Origin: Bacteroidota bacterium
GTDB lineage: Bacteria > Bacteroidota > Bacteroidia > NS11-12g > UBA955
Direction: 5' to 3'
Assembly: GCA_025354385.1 (NCBI GenBank)
Contig: JANXMZ010000026.1
Coordinates: forward strand, 3,400 to 67,399
DNA length: 64,000 nucleotides
In this document: one piece after another, positions 58,066-64,000 of the stretch
How positions within the stretch are numbered: the first letter of the stretch is position 1
How the letters are laid out: every line of letters begins with the position of its first letter
The notes under the pieces: model-generated
The model's input: only the letters and a program-made list of their open reading frames with translations
What the model was told of the DNA's origin: nothing
Databases searched by the model: none
Position numbers and translations under genes: made by a program

Positions 58066-59094
58066 ATGAAATATACTATTAATTTCATATGCCTTTCATG
58101 GCTCTCTTTTAATTTAAATGCCCAAACACATTTAGTGCTATCCGAAATTGCAATGCAGCCTTCTGCAGCAGAGTTTATTGAAATTTACAATCCAACAGAC
58201 AGCACAGTCAATTTGGATCATTATTACCTCACAGACCATTCCAATTATTACGCTTTACCTTCTAATTCCTATACGGTAGATGCTGGTGATTTCATTGTAA
58301 AGTTTCCTTCAGGGGCAACTATACAACCCCGAAAGACATTGGTTATTGGATTTAATGGAACCGATTTTATTACCACCTATAGCGTAAATCCTGATTATGA
58401 GATTATCAGTCAAAACACAAATATCCCCGATTTAGTTTCAATAAAAACTTCAGGAATTCCATCCATTACCAATGCTGGCGAAAGTGTTATTCTGTTTTAT
58501 TGGGATGGAGCCAAGGATTTAGTACAAGACATAGACCTTTTAAATGTTGGTATTCCTGCTGTTGGCAATCAACTCAAATCCAAAACAGGCCTAGCTTTAG
58601 ATGGACCCGACGCTGACGCGCTTACCTCAACCTATTTAACAGATGCCAACACTATGCCTAATCAAACAACTGCTGCAGGCTCTGGATATTCTACTAAAAG
58701 AATTCTATTGGAAGAAGGTTATGAAACCCAAACCAATGGCAATGGAATTGGCGGACATGACGAAACAACAGAAAATACTGCTCTCACCTGGGACCAAACC
58801 TTCACTGCACCTACCCCAGGGAGTACCACACTTTCAAAAAACGCAAGTACCCAAAAAATAACAGCCATTGAACCTCAAATTACAATCTACCCCAACCCTG
58901 CTAACAATATTATTCATATAAAATTTCTGGATTTTGTTACTCAAAAAAATGAAATTACAATTTATAATTCCCAACAGCAAATTGTTTATCACAATGAATC
59001 AATATCAGATAATATCAATATAGATGGGCTCCCCGAAGGTTTATATTTCCTAAAAATAAACAATAGCATCGTAAAATTTTTGGTTAGTGATTAA
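58066..59094 (+). CDS. lamin-tail-domain protein with T9SS C-terminal sorting domain
   Basis: Signal peptide, LTD core LVLSEIAMQPSAAEFIEIYNPTDSTVNL and C-terminal ITIYPNPANNIIHIKF...GLYFLKI. Confidence 0.8.
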   Translation: MKYTINFICLSWLSFNLNAQTHLVLSEIAMQPSAAEFIEIYNPTDSTVNLDHYYLTDHSNYYALPSNSYTVDAGDFIVKFPSGATIQPRKTLVIGFNGTDFITTYSVNPDYEIISQNTNIPDLVSIKTSGIPSITNAGESVILFYWDGAKDLVQDIDLLNVGIPAVGNQLKSKTGLALDGPDADALTSTYLTDANTMPNQTTAAGSGYSTKRILLEEGYETQTNGNGIGGHDETTENTALTWDQTFTAPTPGSTTLSKNASTQKITAIEPQITIYPNPANNIIHIKFLDFVTQKNEITIYNSQQQIVYHNESISDNINIDGLPEGLYFLKINNSIVKFLVSD

Positions 59095-59102
59095 ATATAT
59101 AG

Positions 59103-60128
59103 TCAATTAAGTTGTCTATTTTTTGAAGCTTCTTTTACCCCTTCAAACGACATTGCTATTGCAACAGCAAATACTGGTAGGGCCAAATAAAACATGCGTT
59201 CCATTGAACCTGACAATAGCATTTGAAATAGAACAGAGACCAAAAACCAAATTTTACAGACATCCCATTTACTTTTAAAACGTTTTCTGAATGGTTCTGA
59301 AACAAACCAAGCCAATAATGGTAGCCCTATCCATAAGCCAATATTGATGAGCATTTTGTAAGCCCCATAAAAACTAAAGAGCAAGGCCAACGTATATTTA
59401 AAATTATAAAAATGGTACATCTCCGCCATCAACCAACCAACAATTTTGGGTGGATAATAATAATCATATAGGCAATGGTACGAAAACACAGCAAACCCTG
59501 AAATAGTGAAATACAACAATTGGCGACTTTTGGGAATAGAACCAAAAAAGAAAATAAGAGGCGCAATAAAAATAAACGACTCCTTGGCAAAGGGCCCTAA
59601 AAAAATACAACAAATTAACATTTTAGAATCCCTATTCTTAATCCCCAATAGGGTCAATCCAATGACTAAACAAAAAAGTGAATCTACAAAGGGTAAAGCC
59701 GCAAAATAATATGTGTACCGTGATGATAACACAAAAACCAACCCTATTAAGGCCGCTACTTTTGACAAGCCGTGCGACAAACAATATTTGTAAATGATTA
59801 GTCCGAAAAACGCCATAATAACACTGTTTATTGCAAAAAAGCTAAAGGCCAAAGAAAAATCACCCTTGTAATAGGTGGGTGCTAAATGATCAAATGCAGA
59901 ACCACCCATATAATTTAAAGCACTTGCCAACATAGGAATAATGAGGCGGTATCTTCGCACAGCACTTTGTTCAAAATCAAATTGCGCTAATCCTAAATAG
60001 GTATTGCAATCGGTGAATTGGCTTAAATCATTTTGAAAAAGAATAGATAAACACGGACCAGCTAGTACGGCCATGCAAAAACCAAATACCAATACTGATT
60101 CCTTAAATAAAATTTGCTTGAGTGTCAT
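59103..60128 (-). CDS. hypothetical polytopic membrane protein (about 9-10 TM helices)
   Basis: Highly hydrophobic 341-aa ORF. No family confidently recognised. Ends in TGA. Confidence 0.5.
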   Translation of the reverse strand: MTLKQILFKESVLVFGFCMAVLAGPCLSILFQNDLSQFTDCNTYLGLAQFDFEQSAVRRYRLIIPMLASALNYMGGSAFDHLAPTYYKGDFSLAFSFFAINSVIMAFFGLIIYKYCLSHGLSKVAALIGLVFVLSSRYTYYFAALPFVDSLFCLVIGLTLLGIKNRDSKMLICCIFLGPFAKESFIFIAPLIFFFGSIPKSRQLLYFTISGFAVFSYHCLYDYYYPPKIVGWLMAEMYHFYNFKYTLALLFSFYGAYKMLINIGLWIGLPLLAWFVSEPFRKRFKSKWDVCKIWFLVSVLFQMLLSGSMERMFYLALPVFAVAIAMSFEGVKEASKNRQLN

Positions 60129-60268
60129 ACCTATATAACGGCAGCAAGTTAAAGACTTTGAGATAAAAAATGATGAGGCCTCAGAAAAATGACAATACCA
60201 TTATATTTCAGCTTCAAATTACCTTGAGCTTCAACTTGGGAAACAATAAATCATATTACAATTAACAA

Positions 60269-61144
60269 CTACTCCACTACATTGACATTGGCGGCTTCAA
60301 AAACCCTAGTTTTTGAATTGTAGAAATTGCCCTTTTCCATGATATGTACAATCATATTCTCCACAGAAATAGGTGCTCCTTCTTCAATATCAGCAATGTT
60401 ATTGTGCTTAATATGGCGACCATCAATGATTACAACAGCACCGCTTCCTATGGCTTCCATTTCGCAACCATTGCGAATTATAACACCCGTATCCTCGCCC
60501 AATCCTATTCCAATGGCGGATGGATTAGCGGCCACTGCTTGAGCCAATCTAGAGAATCTGCCGCGCTTATTGAAATGTGAATCGATGATTACATCCTTTA
60601 TAAATGCTAAACCAGTGGTAATTTTTACCTCGCCTTTCAAATGTGCATTGCTTGCATTCCCTTGATAAATCATGGTATTGCTCATGGCCATTGCACCGGC
60701 ACTAGTACCTGCAATAATAAATTTTTCATGCTCGTAACGATAATGCAACAAATCCAGAAAATCTGTTCCGCCAAATATAGCCGTTAAACGCAACTGATTA
60801 CCGCCACTGAACATAATGGCATCGCAAGCTTTTAAACGTTCCAAATATTCCACTTGCATGGCATCTTCGCGGTTGCGAATTTTCATATGACCCACATTTT
60901 TGCATCCCAATTTACTAAATGCATCGAGGTAGTTTTCGCCTACTTCATCAGGAATTTGAGAAGCGGTGGTAACGATTTCAATTCTGGCTTCCAGGTTATT
61001 AATTTCATTAACAATGTTTTTAAGAATACCAATTTCAAAAAAATTAAGGTTGTTTCGAGCTATTATTCCAAGCTCCAAATCTGTTCCTTTATCCTCTGCC
61101 CCCCCAACTGAAATAAGTGTGCCTAATGGCATAATTGTCTGCAT
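60269..61144 (-). CDS. cphB: cyanophycinase (peptidase S51)
   Basis: ISVGGAEDKG, FSGGNQLRL and the nucleophile region IAGTSAGAMAMS; 291 aa with no signal peptide. Confidence 0.85.
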   Translation of the reverse strand: MQTIMPLGTLISVGGAEDKGTDLELGIIARNNLNFFEIGILKNIVNEINNLEARIEIVTTASQIPDEVGENYLDAFSKLGCKNVGHMKIRNREDAMQVEYLERLKACDAIMFSGGNQLRLTAIFGGTDFLDLLHYRYEHEKFIIAGTSAGAMAMSNTMIYQGNASNAHLKGEVKITTGLAFIKDVIIDSHFNKRGRFSRLAQAVAANPSAIGIGLGEDTGVIIRNGCEMEAIGSGAVVIIDGRHIKHNNIADIEEGAPISVENMIVHIMEKGNFYNSKTRVFEAANVNVVE

Positions 61145-61338
61145 TTTTTTGATTAAGAAATTGCAAATTTAATGTAAATAATTGAGTTCCTTATTCACTT
61201 TATTGACAAAAGATGTGACAAGCTGTCCTTTCTTATGGACTTCATACCTCCATTTTTCTGTCAAATTCTGTCAAAACTTACTTGGCATAAAAAATGATAA
61301 TTGAATTGTATCAAATCTTAAATCATTAGAAAAATAAT

Positions 61339-61608
61339 ATGAACGTAAAACCATTAGCAGACAGAGTATTGGTGGAGCCGGCAGTTGCCGAGCTTAAAAC
61401 CGCAGGTGGCATCATCATTCCAGATACTGCCAAAGAAAAACCACAAAGAGGTACCGTAATAGCAGTTGGCACGGGCAAAAAAGACGAGCCAATGACTTGC
61501 AAAGCCGGTGATACCGTTTTATATGGTAAATATGCTGGAACCGAAATTCAAGTTGACGGTAAAGATTACTTAATCATGAGAGAGAGCGATATTTTCGCTA
61601 TTATTTAA
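61339..61608 (+). CDS. groES: co-chaperonin GroES
   Basis: [14 protein letters not shown]...[22 protein letters not shown]. Confidence 0.97.
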   Translation: MNVKPLADRVLVEPAVAELKTAGGIIIPDTAKEKPQRGTVIAVGTGKKDEPMTCKAGDTVLYGKYAGTEIQVDGKDYLIMRESDIFAII

Positions 61609-61614
61609 ATAAAG

Positions 61615-61677
61615 TACACTTCGGCTACGCTCAGTTTACTTTGGCTGCGTTCAGTGTACTTTGAGCTTTGTTGAGTT
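61615..61677 (+). repeat. three tandem ~20-nt repeats in the groES-groEL spacer, overlapping a 10-bp inverted repeat
   Basis: Repeats are gtacacttcggctacgctcagt, ttactttggctgcgttcagt and gtactttgagctttgttgagt. The segment aaagtacact (61612-61621) is the reverse complement of agtgtacttt (61654-61663). Confidence 0.6.
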
Positions 61678-61726
61678 TTTAAATCTAGAATAAGTAAACC
61701 GAAAAAAAACAATTAATTTAAAATAA

Positions 61727-63373
<1,647 letters not shown>

Positions 63374-63395
63374 GCCTAACATAAAACTCATAAAA

Positions 63396-63430
63396 AGAAG
63401 TCCCGCAAGCAATTGTGGGACTTCTTTTTG
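63396..63430 (+). terminator. rho-independent terminator after groEL
   Basis: agaagtcccgcaa-gc-aattgtgggacttct followed by TTTT. Confidence 0.75.
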
Positions 63431-63460
63431 CTTTATCCCTCATTAAATAAATTTTACAAG

Positions 63461-63608
63461 GGCCATCCTCCTGCTATCCGCTAAAGTGTGCAGCCTGTCT
63501 GCATGTGTTTGCTTCAGCAGGCGGGGTCTTCCTGCCGGTCGTCCGGCCTTGCTGGCAATCCACTATGTATACAGCCCGCCCCCTGCCGCTTCTATCAGGG
63601 GCATTTTC
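63461..63608 (+). ncRNA. candidate structured small RNA or riboswitch-like element, family unknown
   Basis: Hand count gives 61% GC (85/140 for 63461-63600) against 23% in the preceding 30 nt. Several nested hairpins are present. One 8-bp helix needs three G:U pairs that form only on the + strand. It ends in the hairpin gcccc(c)tg..caggggc followed by ATTTT. Confidence 0.35.
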
Positions 63609-64000
63609 ACTTACTGCACTATACAAGGTTTATTACTAGTGCATTACTTTTCTACTTAAATAAAAATCAAATCCTTATGTTTGTTAAAAATAAAAGGTAA
63701 TAAAAACATTCTCTTATCCACCCAATAATAGCTGTATAAGAGAAGTTTTTCGAACAAAAACTGCTTATATAAATAAGTTATAAGCAAGCCTAAAAGAAGA
63801 CAGTGTAACCATAAACAGACGACTAAAAACTGAACATTAATACAAAAGCAAACCATTTTGACAGGTGACCAACATACAGACCATATCATAATCGGACAAC
63901 GAGAAAGCCGAAACTCATTGCCGACCCTTCTGTATTTTTTATTTTCCCCACCGCACATTTTTTTTAATTCAATTTTAGCCAGCCGCACATTTGGCACATT

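Noticed and set aside
63443-63475. Minus-strand AGGAGG followed by ATG and a 7-codon ORF (MALVKFI*).
   Set aside because: The SD-like hexamer abuts the ATG with no spacer, the ORF is only 7 codons long and runs into the terminator, and the CCTCCT is more simply one arm of a helix in the structured island.
63461-63625. Cobalamin riboswitch on the minus strand. In the right order I see GTGAAAATGCC, GGGCTGTA and a B12-box-like GGCAGGAAGACCCCGCC.
   Set aside because: The matches are short, recalled from memory and need indels. The AGGGAA element is missing. No gene lies downstream on the minus strand, only the groEL terminator and antisense groEL. The G:U-containing helix favours the + strand. 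I kept it only as something for cmscan to test.
63656-63997. A 113-aa minus-strand ORF at the window end.
   Set aside because: It has Cys/Leu/Phe-rich, low-information composition in an AT-rich non-coding-looking stretch. It has no recognisable motif or signal and no promoter-like motif. Probably spurious, though the window edge limits judgement.
63951-64000. CCGCACATTT repeated at 63951-63960 and 63983-63992, with GCACATT again at 63994-64000. This could be the start of a repeat array.
   Set aside because: Only two and a half short copies are visible and the window ends here. That is not enough to call a CRISPR or tandem array. It is worth a look if flanking sequence becomes available.

Overview
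This is a 64-kb chromosomal window from a low-GC genome that looks like Bacteroidota. Three things support that: several secreted proteins end in type IX secretion (T9SS) C-terminal sorting domains, TTG-N19-TAnnTTTG promoter motifs sit in front of tRNAs and genes, and stop codons are mostly TAA. Most of the window is housekeeping: mnmA, mtgA, gdh-psd, the three-gene pntAA/pntAB/pntB transhydrogenase, gmhA, metG, prs, rplY(ctc), xerD, icd, groES-groEL, and three tRNAs (Leu-GAG, Gln-UUG, initiator Met). Between these lie accessory blocks: a GlxA/AraC-DinB-EthD-2xSRPBCC stress cluster, a membrane class III nucleotide cyclase plus HD hydrolase operon, a TetR-controlled ABC/HlyD/TolC exporter, an MBOAT plus SGNH-like acylation pair, an Sbt-family permease, an orphan cyanophycinase and two lamin-tail-domain proteins. 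I found no CRISPR array, IS element, transposase, phage gene or recognisable defence system. The observations most worth a second look are these. (1) A ~1,474-codon BNR/PKD/GEVED/T9SS gene is split by one in-frame TGA. (2) A WG-repeat gene is broken by two in-frame stops. (3) An orphan T9SS sorting-domain relic carries a homopolymer frameshift. (4) A 1.25-kb FISUMP/T9SS gene cassette is bracketed by a ~66-bp duplication of the neighbouring gene's 3' end. (5) Two 104-bp structured tandem units downstream of tRNA-fMet each end in a copy of the tRNA 3' end. (6) A 61% GC, ~150-nt structured island with promoter-like and terminator-like flanks lies downstream of groEL. (7) The exporter's ABC subunit has degenerate signature, Walker B and H-loop motifs. 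All functional calls rest on motif and family recognition in the supplied translations. No database search was run.
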